Shown here: positions 39,939 through 50,409 of the stretch, one piece after another | Layout of the letters: each line of letters begins with the position of its first letter | How positions within the stretch are numbered: the first letter of the stretch is position 1 | Origin: an uncultured Proteiniphilum sp. | Lineage (GTDB): Bacteria; Bacteroidota; Bacteroidia; Bacteroidales; Dysgonomonadaceae | Assembly (NCBI GenBank): GCA_964647535.1 | Contig: CAZYGE010000004.1 | Span: forward strand, 6,870 to 70,869 | Direction: 5' to 3' | DNA: 64,000 nt | Position numbers and translations under genes: made by a program | Notes under the pieces: model-generated | Told to the model about the DNA's origin: nothing | Databases searched by the model: none | Seen by the model: only the letters and a program-made list of their open reading frames with translations

Positions 39939-42169
39939 GAGCTTATTTTCTTTTTATCACGCATATACAGAGATATATTTTGAAGTGCCATTAACCACGA
40001 AAGAGTAGATTCAGCACCCTGATTGAGGTTCACACCGTTCTCCATAATTCCATCCTTACATCCTCCCGTAGAAAAATCATAAAGAGGTTCTCCTATATCG
40101 TTATCACCGGTAAACCATGAAAAAGCTTTCAGTGCATAATTACCGTATATTTCATTTTTTGTATATGATTCAGCATGCAAGCAGGCGTCAATCATACCGC
40201 TAGCTTCAAGTGGTTGCTGATCAAACTGTGCTTTATCGTTAGGTGTGAGCCACCCGTAGTTTCCAATCGGAGAAAAAACATCATTTTTAAACTGCTTTTC
40301 TATAAGCCAATCCAGAATCTTTAATCCTCTATTGGCCATTGAATCATCTTTTAGATACCCGCCGGCAAATATAAGTGCTTGAGGAATCCTACTATTACCG
40401 TAAGTTACTTTCTCATCGTGCCACAACCAGGCGTTATCTATTGTATTATCAAATAATGAATAGAGCTTATCAGCAGCCTCCTTTAATAAGCTTACTACCT
40501 CGGGTTTATGATATGATTTAGCATTGTAAATCAATCCTAAGGTAGCATAAGCCAATGACCGCGGGTGTTTCAAACTCTTAACAGATTCGAGCCCCATTTT
40601 AAATAGATTGTTTGAGTGAAGAAAAATATTACTCATATTTGTGAATGCTGAAACATATCCCAAAGCCCACATAGTTCTTCCATTACTATCTTGGGTTCCT
40701 ATTTCATCCAACCAATCTCTTGAATAGCTCATAAAATTCCTGAACCATTTTTTTTCAGGATTAAATGAATAATCAATAAATGAAAGATAAATATTGGTAA
40801 GTCTGTTTAATTCATCCACATTTTGAACATCATTCTGTAGCATCACTGAAAGCAGTAAGGCGCGTGCATTGTCGTCACTACAATATCCGTGAGACCTGTC
40901 GGGTATACTGTATTTGGCATGCTGCAACATCCCGGTATCGTCAGTCATATGCTGCAAGTGGCTTAAATTGATGGGAGGATACTCAAACTTAAGCTCACTC
41001 TCATCTTCAAGTTCGTAATCAGTTTTTAATAAACCTTCTTCAATAACCAGTTTAGCGGTCAAATCACTATACTGCTCTCCAATTTTATCCCAATAGCACT
41101 CACTTGCGAGAGCATATGCATTATTAGATATAGTTTTTCGTAAATCTTCATCTTCAAGCAGTAAATTTATTTTATCGCTAAGCTGCTCGGAGTCTTTAAA
41201 ATCAAACAACATGCCTCTGTTATCTGCCAACATCTCTTGAGCGTACCAAAATGGAGTAGAAATAATAGGTTTAGCCGCTCCCATAGTATAGATAAGAGTT
41301 CCTGAAGAAATCTGCTTTTCGCCCAAATAAGGTATTACATATATATCGCACATTTTAAGATAACTGAACAACTCATCATTACTAACAAAACGATTAATAA
41401 ACATAACATTTTTCTCCAACCCAAGCTTTTTCACTAATCTAATAAGTGAATGTCTATAATCTTCGCCTTCATGTTTGAGAACATGCGGATGTGTTGCACC
41501 TACCACAATATAAACCAAATTGGGATAATTTTTCACCACTTTAGGAAGAGCATTAATCACGACCTCAATTGATTTATTCTTTGAAAGTAGCCCGAATGAA
41601 AGTAACACTTTTTTGTTTTCAACTCCAAGTTTCTCCTTGAGACCTGATAAATCAATATCTTTAATCCTATGCACACCATGATGTATATGTTGTATTTTTG
41701 ATTCATTCACACCATAAACATCACGTAGCAAATCAACACCCTTTGCCGAAATACTAACCATCATATTCGAAAGTCGAGCAAGTTCACTCACTACAAAGTT
41801 TTGGCTATCAGATGGATTATCCAAAATAGTATGCATTGTAGTGATTACTGGCATACGCAATCTTTTCAGAAGTTGAATGATATGTTTACCATCCTTTCCT
41901 CCGAAAATACCAAATTCATGTTGCAAAATTACAGCATCAAATTTATTGGTATGGAGATATTCAGCCGCATTAATATATGAGGCCATGGTATTTTGTTCTA
42001 TTTCAAATACAACATCCGAAGGGTAGTTGTAATTATTAATACCGTCATTCATAGCCACCACTGCTGTGGTTACTCCTTTTTCCTTCAGCCCCTCATTTAG
42101 GTCTTTTGTAAATGTGGCAATCCCACACATACGAGGTGGATAGTTCCCTATTAGTGCAATTTTATTCAT
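39935..42169 (-). CDS. GT4 glycosyltransferase fused to a ~350-aa uncharacterised C-terminal domain
   Basis: GNYPPR.CGIATF, QHEFGIFG, SSGTL, STP..YA; C-terminal TDD.G.LQH, GY..DDNARA, FDQQP.E, N.NQGAEST. Confidence 0.85.
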   Translation of the reverse strand: MNKIALIGNYPPRMCGIATFTKDLNEGLKEKGVTTAVVAMNDGINNYNYPSDVVFEIEQNTMASYINAAEYLHTNKFDAVILQHEFGIFGGKDGKHIIQLLKRLRMPVITTMHTILDNPSDSQNFVVSELARLSNMMVSISAKGVDLLRDVYGVNESKIQHIHHGVHRIKDIDLSGLKEKLGVENKKVLLSFGLLSKNKSIEVVINALPKVVKNYPNLVYIVVGATHPHVLKHEGEDYRHSLIRLVKKLGLEKNVMFINRFVSNDELFSYLKMCDIYVIPYLGEKQISSGTLIYTMGAAKPIISTPFWYAQEMLADNRGMLFDFKDSEQLSDKINLLLEDEDLRKTISNNAYALASECYWDKIGEQYSDLTAKLVIEEGLLKTDYELEDESELKFEYPPINLSHLQHMTDDTGMLQHAKYSIPDRSHGYCSDDNARALLLSVMLQNDVQNVDELNRLTNIYLSFIDYSFNPEKKWFRNFMSYSRDWLDEIGTQDSNGRTMWALGYVSAFTNMSNIFLHSNNLFKMGLESVKSLKHPRSLAYATLGLIYNAKSYHKPEVVSLLKEAADKLYSLFDNTIDNAWLWHDEKVTYGNSRIPQALIFAGGYLKDDSMANRGLKILDWLIEKQFKNDVFSPIGNYGWLTPNDKAQFDQQPLEASGMIDACLHAESYTKNEIYGNYALKAFSWFTGDNDIGEPLYDFSTGGCKDGIMENGVNLNQGAESTLSWLMALQNISLYMRDKKKISS

Positions 42170-42595
42170 ATTCCTTTTTCAATTATTTCGTTATATATCT
42201 ATATAAACACTTTACATACAATATGTTTTTTTGACACTAAAAATGGAACATTTCTAAAATAGTAAAAGTTCTCTGCTATTTATAGAAGGCTGCAAAGAGT
42301 TCCAAAAGTGAGTTCCTGAGTGTCATAAAGTGTCCTGTTTGTGTAATATTTCACGTTAGTACTATTTCATGGCTTCTTGCATTATACGAAAAATTTATTA
42401 ATAAACCAAATTGTAAATGGTGATAAACTTTATAATTTTAAGAAGCTTGCCTTCTCCTCATATGAAGGGGTTAATAAGTAAGTGAGTGAAAAGGTACAGC
42501 AAAAATCTAGACGACACAGTACACGGTACAAATGATACCGAACTATACAGTTTCCCATTTTAACTTTACATAAATAAATAACTAGAAAATTTTTC

Positions 42596-42623
42596 TATCT
42601 TTGTACCCTAATATCATAGGGTA
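42596..42623 (+). promoter_or_regulatory. -7 box (TATCTTTG) followed directly by inverted repeat TACCCTA-N6-TAGGGTA upstream of carA
   Basis: Read directly from sequence. Confidence 0.5.
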
Positions 42624-42651
42624 TCAATTCAAATTAATATTGCACTAATTT

Positions 42652-43740
42652 ATGCAAAGAAATTTACCGGTGCGATTGATTCTCGAAAACGGAGCGGTTT
42701 TTAAGGGTCGATCATTTGGAGCCGAAAGGCCATCATCGGGAGAGGTTGTTTTCAGCACTGCAATGGCAGGTTATCCCGAAAGCTTAACAGACCCCTCCTT
42801 TAAAGGACAAATTTTATTACTCACATATCCAATAATCGGAAATTACGGAGTTCCAGCCAAAAGCGAAACAAACGGAGTTTCCGATTTTTTTGAGTCCGAA
42901 CTGATCCATGCATCCGGATTAATCGTGCAAGATTATTCACATCAATATTCTCATTGGAATGCCGCCGAAAGTTTAAGCAGCTGGCTTAAAAAGGAGAATG
43001 TGCCGGGCGTATATGATATAGATACGCGTATGCTCACTAAAATTATTAGAGAAAAGGGCACATTATTAGGAAAGATTGAAATAGGTGAGTCAAATGATAA
43101 AGAGGTAATTGACAGTTTGGACTTTTATAATCCCGAGAACTTTAATTTGGTATCAGAAGTAAGTTGCAAATCTGTAATAGAATATGGAGAGGGAGAAAAA
43201 ACAGTTGTACTTGTAGATTGTGGAACTAAGCTTAATATCATCCGCGAACTTGTGAAACAGGGATTGAAAGTTATAAGAGTGCCGTGGGATTATGATTTTA
43301 ACGCCATTGATTTTGATGGTTTAATGATATCAAATGGTCCAGGTAATCCTGAGTTTTGCGAAGTAACAATTAACAACATTCGTGAAGCTTTTAAAAAAGG
43401 AAGGCCAATTTTTGGAATTTGCATGGGTAACCAGTTGCTTGCAAAAGCTGCGGGAGCATCTATATTTAAATTAAAATATGGCCATCGAAGCCATAATCAA
43501 CCGGTTAGGAGGGTGGGGAGCAACCAATGTTTTATTACCTCTCAAAATCACGGATATGCGGTTGATGAATCTCATTTAGGGAATGAGTGGGAACCTTATT
43601 TTGTAAATATGAACGATGGAACAAATGAAGGTATAAAACATAAAACAAAACCATTTTATTCTCTTCAGTTTCACCCCGAAGCAGCAGGTGGTCCCACAGA
43701 TACGAGATTCTTTTTTAGAGAGTTTGCGGAATTAGTTTAA
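42652..43740 (+). CDS. carA: Carbamoyl-phosphate synthase small subunit
   Basis: GEVVF.T.M.GY, SNGPG.P, FGICMG.Q, TSQNHG, QFHPE. Confidence 0.96.
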   Translation: MQRNLPVRLILENGAVFKGRSFGAERPSSGEVVFSTAMAGYPESLTDPSFKGQILLLTYPIIGNYGVPAKSETNGVSDFFESELIHASGLIVQDYSHQYSHWNAAESLSSWLKKENVPGVYDIDTRMLTKIIREKGTLLGKIEIGESNDKEVIDSLDFYNPENFNLVSEVSCKSVIEYGEGEKTVVLVDCGTKLNIIRELVKQGLKVIRVPWDYDFNAIDFDGLMISNGPGNPEFCEVTINNIREAFKKGRPIFGICMGNQLLAKAAGASIFKLKYGHRSHNQPVRRVGSNQCFITSQNHGYAVDESHLGNEWEPYFVNMNDGTNEGIKHKTKPFYSLQFHPEAAGGPTDTRFFFREFAELV

Positions 43741-43754
43741 TAATTAAGACGCGC

Positions 43755-46700
43755 ATGGTAAATAAAAATATAAAAAAAGCCCTTGTTCTTGGTTCAGGTG
43801 CATTAAAAATTGGAGAAGCAGGTGAGTTTGATTATTCTGGTTCGCAGGCTCTCAAAGCATTGAGAGAGGAGGGTATTGAAACAGTACTTATAAATCCAAA
43901 TATTGCTACTGTACAAACTTCAGAAGGTGTTGCAGATAAGATCTATTTTTTGCCGGTAACACCATACTTCGTTGAAAAAGTTATTGCAAAGGAAAAGCCG
44001 GAAGGAATTTTGCTTGCTTTTGGAGGTCAAACCGCACTGAACTGTGGAGTTCAACTGTATGAATTGGGAATCTTAGACAAATACAACGTTGAAGTACTTG
44101 GTACACCAGTTCGCGCAATAATGGATACTGAAGATAGGGAGCTATTTGTTGAGAAACTGAATGAAATAAACGTAAAAACAATAAGTAGTGTTGCTGTATC
44201 AAACACAGAAGATGCGATAAAAGCGGCTGTGGAGCTTGGTTTTCCGGTAATTGTGAGAGCTGCATATGCACTAGGTGGTATGGGATCGGGTTTTTGTGAT
44301 AATAGTACAGAACTAAAAGAGCTGACACAAAAGGCGTTTAATTATTCTGATCAACTGCTAATTGAGAAATCTTTAAAAGGGTGGAAAGAAATTGAATATG
44401 AGGTTGTAAGAGACAGATTCGACAATTGTATTACTGTTTGTAATATGGAGAATTTTGATCCTCTGGGCATTCATACCGGAGAAAGTATTGTGGTTGCTCC
44501 ATCTCAAACTCTCACAAACTCTGAATATCATAAATTGCGTGAGCTTTCAATTAAAATAGTACGTCATATTGGAGTTGTCGGAGAGTGTAATGTTCAATAT
44601 GCACTTCACCCGGAGTCGGAGGATTATAGAGTAATTGAAGTTAATGCAAGGCTTAGTAGGTCATCTGCACTTGCATCAAAAGCTACGGGATATCCGCTTG
44701 CATTTGTAGCTGCAAAACTAGGATTGGGTTTTGGGTTGTTTGATCTTACAAACTCGGTTACAAAAACTACCAGCGCTTTCTTTGAGCCTGCATTAGATTA
44801 TATTGTGGTAAAGATCCCGAGGTGGGATTTAGGTAAGTTTAGCGGAGTTTCCAAGCAAATTGGTTCAAGCATGAAATCGGTGGGCGAGATAATGTCTATC
44901 GGTAGAACTTTTGAAGAAGCTATTCAGAAGGGGTTACGTATGATTGGGCTAAGCATGCATGGTTTTGTCGAAAACAAGGAGTTGAAGATTGAAGATATTG
45001 ATAAAGAACTGAATGAACCCACAGATCAGCGTATTTTTGTAATAAGCAAAGCTTTTAGGCAAGGGTATAGCGTGGAAAGGATTTATGAGCTGACAAAAAT
45101 AGATCGATGGTTCTTATATAAATTAAGGAATATTGTTGATACGGCAGAAGAACTTGAAGGGTTAGAAGAATCAGGAAAATTAAAAGGATTAGAAGATGGT
45201 AAAGATCAAGTAGGGCTAGAGAAACTTCAAAAACTTGATGATAGAGCAATCAAATTACCTTTAAATAATAACTACAACATTAACAGAATAATACGAATTG
45301 CCAAAAAACAAGGTTTCTCTGACTTTCAAATTGCAAGAGCTTTATATAAGGAGAAGTCAACCGAACAAGATGTTTTAAATATTCGCAACTATCGCAAAGC
45401 CAATGGTATTATTCCGGTAGTTAAACAAATTGATACGCTTGCGGCCGAGTATCCTGCATATACCAGTTATTTATATCTCACTTATAATGGTGATGAAAAT
45501 GACGTGGAATACTTAGGGGACCATCGCTCTGTTATTGTTTTGGGTTCGGGAGCTTACAGAATAGGCTCCTCGGTAGAGTTTGATTGGTGCTCGGTTAATG
45601 CATTAAACACGGTTCGAGAAGAGGGATACCGCGCGATAATGATTAACTATAACCCGGAGACCGTTTCAACTGACTATGATATGTGCGACAGACTCTATTT
45701 TGATGAGCTTTCATACGAAAGGGTTTTAGATATAATTGATTTGGAGAATCCGCATGGTGTAATATTATCGGTAGGCGGACAGATTCCAAATAACCTTGCT
45801 GTGAAGCTAGATAATGTAGGGGTAAATATACTGGGTACTTCGGCAAAAGATATTGATAATGCAGAGGATAGAAATCAATTTTCATCCATGCTGGATAGGA
45901 TGTATATTGATCAACCTAAATGGAAAGAACTTACAACTCTTGAAGATATTTATGGTTTTGTAAATGAAGTGGGCTTTCCGCTGCTAGTACGACCATCTTA
46001 TGTGCTATCGGGGGCAGCAATGAATGTTTGTTCAAACAACAGTGAGTTGGAACGTTTTCTTACTTTGGCTACTGAAGTTTCCAGCAAATATCCGGTTGTT
46101 GTTTCGGAGTTTATTGAGGATGCAAAGGAAATTGAGATGGATGCTGTGGCAAAAGATGGAGATCTAATTGCATATGCTATATCTGAGCATGTGGAGTTTG
46201 CAGGAGTTCATTCCGGAGATGCAACAATTTTGTTTCCTGCTCAGAAGATATATGTTCAAACCGTGAGGAAGATAAAGCGGATCACAAGGGAGATCGCAAA
46301 AGCATTAAGTATAACAGGTCCGTTTAATATTCAGTTTCTGGCAAAAGATAATGATATTAAGGTTATAGAGTGTAACCTAAGAGCCTCCAGATCATTTCCT
46401 TTTGTTTCAAAAGTGCTGAAAATTAACTTCATAGAATTGGCAACTAAAGTAATGCTTAATATAGATGTAGAGAAACCGGAAAAGTCTGCATTTGATCTTG
46501 ACTATGTGGGTATTAAAGCTCCTCAGTTTTCATTTACAAGATTACAAAAAGCGGATCCTGTACTTGGTGTGGATATGGCATCAACAGGTGAGGTGGGGGC
46601 AATCGGGAGGCATTTTGACGATGCTTTGTTAACATCAATGCTATCCGTAGGTTACAGGGTTCCACATAAAAATATAATGATTTCCTCGGGAGGCACCAAA

Positions 46701-47072
46701 TCTAAAGTTGACCTTCTTGATGCTTGTAAACTCTTGAAAAATAATGACTTTAATTTGTTTGCAACAGGTGGAACTCAGAAATTTTTGGAAGAAAACGGAG
46801 TTGAGAGTACCTTTGTGGCATGGCCAGATGATTCAGATGCTTCGATGAGAGTTAATGAAATGATTGCAGAAAAGAAATTCGATCTTATTATAAATATTCC
46901 TAAAAACTTAACAGAAAGGGAGTTAACTAACGGATACAAGATTAGAAGGGGTGCAATAGATTACAATATTCCTCTTATTACTAATGCGCGTTTGGCAAGC
47001 GCTTTTATTAAGGCATTCTGCCATATTACGCAAGAAGATATTGAAATAAAGCATTGGGCTGAGTATGTTTAA
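43755..47072 (+). CDS. carB: Carbamoyl-phosphate synthase large subunit, copy 1
   Basis: GSG...IG.AGEFDYSG.Q, two ATP-grasp domains, NPETVSTDYD, C-terminal MGS domain. Confidence 0.96.
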   Translation: MVNKNIKKALVLGSGALKIGEAGEFDYSGSQALKALREEGIETVLINPNIATVQTSEGVADKIYFLPVTPYFVEKVIAKEKPEGILLAFGGQTALNCGVQLYELGILDKYNVEVLGTPVRAIMDTEDRELFVEKLNEINVKTISSVAVSNTEDAIKAAVELGFPVIVRAAYALGGMGSGFCDNSTELKELTQKAFNYSDQLLIEKSLKGWKEIEYEVVRDRFDNCITVCNMENFDPLGIHTGESIVVAPSQTLTNSEYHKLRELSIKIVRHIGVVGECNVQYALHPESEDYRVIEVNARLSRSSALASKATGYPLAFVAAKLGLGFGLFDLTNSVTKTTSAFFEPALDYIVVKIPRWDLGKFSGVSKQIGSSMKSVGEIMSIGRTFEEAIQKGLRMIGLSMHGFVENKELKIEDIDKELNEPTDQRIFVISKAFRQGYSVERIYELTKIDRWFLYKLRNIVDTAEELEGLEESGKLKGLEDGKDQVGLEKLQKLDDRAIKLPLNNNYNINRIIRIAKKQGFSDFQIARALYKEKSTEQDVLNIRNYRKANGIIPVVKQIDTLAAEYPAYTSYLYLTYNGDENDVEYLGDHRSVIVLGSGAYRIGSSVEFDWCSVNALNTVREEGYRAIMINYNPETVSTDYDMCDRLYFDELSYERVLDIIDLENPHGVILSVGGQIPNNLAVKLDNVGVNILGTSAKDIDNAEDRNQFSSMLDRMYIDQPKWKELTTLEDIYGFVNEVGFPLLVRPSYVLSGAAMNVCSNNSELERFLTLATEVSSKYPVVVSEFIEDAKEIEMDAVAKDGDLIAYAISEHVEFAGVHSGDATILFPAQKIYVQTVRKIKRITREIAKALSITGPFNIQFLAKDNDIKVIECNLRASRSFPFVSKVLKINFIELATKVMLNIDVEKPEKSAFDLDYVGIKAPQFSFTRLQKADPVLGVDMASTGEVGAIGRHFDDALLTSMLSVGYRVPHKNIMISSGGTKSKVDLLDACKLLKNNDFNLFATGGTQKFLEENGVESTFVAWPDDSDASMRVNEMIAEKKFDLIINIPKNLTERELTNGYKIRRGAIDYNIPLITNARLASAFIKAFCHITQEDIEIKHWAEYV
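45159..45239 (+). repeat. In-frame degenerate 27-nt (9-aa) repeat x3 inside carB copy 1
   Basis: GLEESGKLK / GLEDGKDQV / GLEKLQKLD; absent from carB copy 2. Confidence 0.6.
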
Positions 47073-47193
47073 ACTTCAAGCTGAATACATTTAAACTGGA
47101 TGTATTATATTGTGGCGTTATAAGAGAAGAAAATATTCAGGAAAGGCAATAAGTAAAAGAATAATAAATGAAAATAATAAATAATATATATAA

Positions 47194-50100
47194 ATGGATC
47201 AATCAATTAAGAAAGTTGTACTATTAGGCTCAGGAGCCTTAAAGATAGGTCAGGCGGGAGAGTTTGACTATTCCGGCTCACAAGCACTAAAAGCAATGCG
47301 TGAAGAAGGTATTGAAACAGTGCTCATCAATCCTAATATTGCAACAATTCAAACTTCAGAGGGAATTGCAGACAAGGTTTATTTCCTGCCAATTACTCCT
47401 TATTTTGTAGAGAAAGTTATTGAGAAAGAGAAACCTGATGGTATTCTGCTTGCTTTTGGTGGACAAACAGCACTCAATTGCGGTACAGAGCTTTATCAAG
47501 ATGGTGTGTTGGAAAAACATGGCGTAAGGGTTTTAGGAACTTCTGTGGATGTTATTATGATAACAGAAGACAGAGATTTGTTTGTGAAGAAACTTGATGA
47601 GATTGATGCCAAAACTCCATTATCACATGCCGTTGAAAGCATGGAAGATGCACTAAAGGCAGCACATGAAATTGGTTTTCCGGTTATGGTGCGCTCTGCT
47701 TATGCACTAGGAGGGCAAGGTTCGGGTATTTGTGATAACGAAGAGGAGTTTAAGTCCTTATGTCATAGTGCGCTTTCGTTTTCAAGCCAGATATTGGTTG
47801 AAGAAAGTCTTAAAGGGTGGAAAGAGATTGAGTTTGAAGTTATACGCGATAGTAATGATCACTGTTTTACAGTTGTTCCAATGGAGAACTTTGATCCTCT
47901 AGGTATACATACCGGAGAAAGTATTGTTGTTGCTCCCATTATTACCTTATCGAAAGAGCAAATTGATTTGCTTGAAGATGTTGCACGCAGGGTGGTGAGG
48001 CACATTGGTATTGTAGGTGAGTGTAATATTCAATATGCGTTTAATGCAGAGACAAACGACTATCGTATCATCGAAATAAATGCTCGTCTTAGCCGCTCTT
48101 CTGCTCTTGCATCAAAGGCTTCGGGTTATCCATTAGCTTTTGTGGCTACAAAACTTGCTTTGGGTTATACTCTTGATCAGATTGGTGAAATGGGTACGCC
48201 CAACTCGGCATACACTGCACCCCAACTTGATTATATGATTGTGAAGATTCCGAGATGGGATTTGAATAAATTTTATGGTGTAAGCCACGAGATTGGATCA
48301 TCAATGAAATCTGTTGGCGAGGTTATGTCTATTGGTAAGTCTTTTGAAGAAATTATTCAAAAAGGCTTAAGAATGATTGGTCAGGGCATGCATGGTTTTG
48401 TTGGTAATGATAAAATTACTTTTGACAACGTAGAGGAGTCTCTTTCAAAACCTACCGATCTTAGAATTTTTGCTATTGCAGATGCTTTTGAGAAGGGTTA
48501 CAGCGTTAAGCAAATTGAGGCATTGACCAAGATTGACCCTTGGTTTTTAAATGGATTGGAGAATATTTACAAATATTCTAAAGTAATTGGAGTGTACAAC
48601 AAGATTGAAGATTTGCCTTCTGATGTTTTAAAGGAGGCTAAACGACTTGGTTTTTCTGATTTTCAAATTGCCCGATTTATTGAGAAGCCGGAGGGTAATA
48701 TGGAGAATGAGCAAAATAGAGTGCGAGCGCACAGAAAGAGTCTGGATGTTACTCCTGTGATACGGCGAATTTACACCGTTGCTTCGGATCATCCCGATAC
48801 AACTAACTATCTCTATTTTACTTATGGTTCGGATGATGCGCATACTCCATATAGGAAGGAGGGCAAAGAGGCAGTTGTAGTGTTAGGATCCGGAGCATAT
48901 CGGATAGGTTCATCAGTGGAGTTTGACTGGTGCTCGGTTAATGCTGTGCAAACAGCCAGAGATCTTGGTTATGAGTCGGTTATGATTAATTATAACCCTG
49001 AAACGGTATCCACAGATTATGATATGTGTGACCGTTTGTATTTTGATGAGCTCACTTTTGAGCGTGTGATGGATGTTATTGATTTGGAAGATCCTAAAGG
49101 GGTAATTTTATCCGTGGGTGGACAAATTCCGAATAATATGGCCATGAAATTGCATCGCCAAGATGTGCCTATTTTAGGAACTTCACCATTATCTATCGAC
49201 ATGGCAGAGAATAGACATAAATTCTCTGGTATGCTTGATGATTTAGGTATAGACCAACCCCGATGGAAAGAGGCAAACAGCATCGAAGAGATAGATTCTT
49301 TTATTGACGAAGTGGGTTTCCCATTGTTAATCAGACCTTCTTATGTTCTTTCGGGAGCGGCTATGAATGTTTGCTACGACAGGGAGCAAATGGAGACATT
49401 TTTGAAAATGGCAGTGAATGTTTCCAGAGAACACCCCGTAGTAGTGTCAAGCTTTATGAATAACGCAAAAGAAATTGAGTTTGATGCAGTAGCAAGAGAT
49501 GGCGATGTTGTTGAGTATGCAATATCGGAGCATGTGGAATTTGCAGGTGTGCACTCGGGTGATGCGACGCTAGTTTTTCCTGCACAGAAAATATACTTCG
49601 AAACGATGCGTAGGGTTAAAAAGATTTCAAAACAAATAGCCAAAGAGCTTAATATAACCGGTCCATTCAATATACAATATCTAGCTAAAAATAACGAGAT
49701 TAAGGTTATTGAGTGCAACGTTAGAGCTTCCAGATCTTTCCCATTTGTTTCAAAAGTATTGAAACACAATTTTATTGAAACCGCTACTCGCGTAATGTTG
49801 GGAGCGCCATATGTAAAACCGGATAGCTCGGTATTTGACTTGGAATATATAGGTGTAAAAGCATCTCAGTTTTCTTTCTCAAGACTGCAAAATGCAGATC
49901 CTGTTCTTGGTGTTGATATGTCTTCTACAGGTGAGGTTGGATGTATAGGTGATGATTTTTCTGAAGCTATTCTTAAATCGATGTTATCTGTGGGGTATAA
50001 GATTCCGGAAAAAGCCATACTAATTTCTTCTGGTGAGATGAAATCTAAAGTTGACTTGCTTGATGCTTGTAAATTGTTGGGTGCCAAGGGATACAAGCTT

Positions 50101-50409
50101 TATGCGAGTCATGGTACGCAAAAGTTTCTTGAAGATAACGGGATTGCCGCAACGGATGTAAACTGGCCGGATGAGGATGGTGAAAATAATATTCAGAAAA
50201 TGATTGCTGATAAAATGTTTGATCTAATTATCAACATTCCTAAAGATGTTACCCGCAGGGAGCTTACTAATGGTTATATAATTCGTAGAGGTGCAATAGA
50301 TTATAACATTCCCCTTATCACCAATGCACGTCTGGCAAGTGCTTTTATAACTGCCTTCTGTACATTGGATCCTGAGGAAATTCATATTAAGAGCTGGGAC
50401 GAATATTAA
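47194..50409 (+). CDS. carB: Carbamoyl-phosphate synthase large subunit, copy 2
   Basis: Full-length paralogue with the same motifs, clearly diverged from copy 1. Confidence 0.96.
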   Translation: MDQSIKKVVLLGSGALKIGQAGEFDYSGSQALKAMREEGIETVLINPNIATIQTSEGIADKVYFLPITPYFVEKVIEKEKPDGILLAFGGQTALNCGTELYQDGVLEKHGVRVLGTSVDVIMITEDRDLFVKKLDEIDAKTPLSHAVESMEDALKAAHEIGFPVMVRSAYALGGQGSGICDNEEEFKSLCHSALSFSSQILVEESLKGWKEIEFEVIRDSNDHCFTVVPMENFDPLGIHTGESIVVAPIITLSKEQIDLLEDVARRVVRHIGIVGECNIQYAFNAETNDYRIIEINARLSRSSALASKASGYPLAFVATKLALGYTLDQIGEMGTPNSAYTAPQLDYMIVKIPRWDLNKFYGVSHEIGSSMKSVGEVMSIGKSFEEIIQKGLRMIGQGMHGFVGNDKITFDNVEESLSKPTDLRIFAIADAFEKGYSVKQIEALTKIDPWFLNGLENIYKYSKVIGVYNKIEDLPSDVLKEAKRLGFSDFQIARFIEKPEGNMENEQNRVRAHRKSLDVTPVIRRIYTVASDHPDTTNYLYFTYGSDDAHTPYRKEGKEAVVVLGSGAYRIGSSVEFDWCSVNAVQTARDLGYESVMINYNPETVSTDYDMCDRLYFDELTFERVMDVIDLEDPKGVILSVGGQIPNNMAMKLHRQDVPILGTSPLSIDMAENRHKFSGMLDDLGIDQPRWKEANSIEEIDSFIDEVGFPLLIRPSYVLSGAAMNVCYDREQMETFLKMAVNVSREHPVVVSSFMNNAKEIEFDAVARDGDVVEYAISEHVEFAGVHSGDATLVFPAQKIYFETMRRVKKISKQIAKELNITGPFNIQYLAKNNEIKVIECNVRASRSFPFVSKVLKHNFIETATRVMLGAPYVKPDSSVFDLEYIGVKASQFSFSRLQNADPVLGVDMSSTGEVGCIGDDFSEAILKSMLSVGYKIPEKAILISSGEMKSKVDLLDACKLLGAKGYKLYASHGTQKFLEDNGIAATDVNWPDEDGENNIQKMIADKMFDLIINIPKDVTRRELTNGYIIRRGAIDYNIPLITNARLASAFITAFCTLDPEEIHIKSWDEY

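Noticed and set aside
42641-42656. ARG box at the carA start (TGCA-N8-TGCA)
   Set aside because: Spacing is 2 nt longer than the 14-bp ARG-box core and there is no tandem partner.
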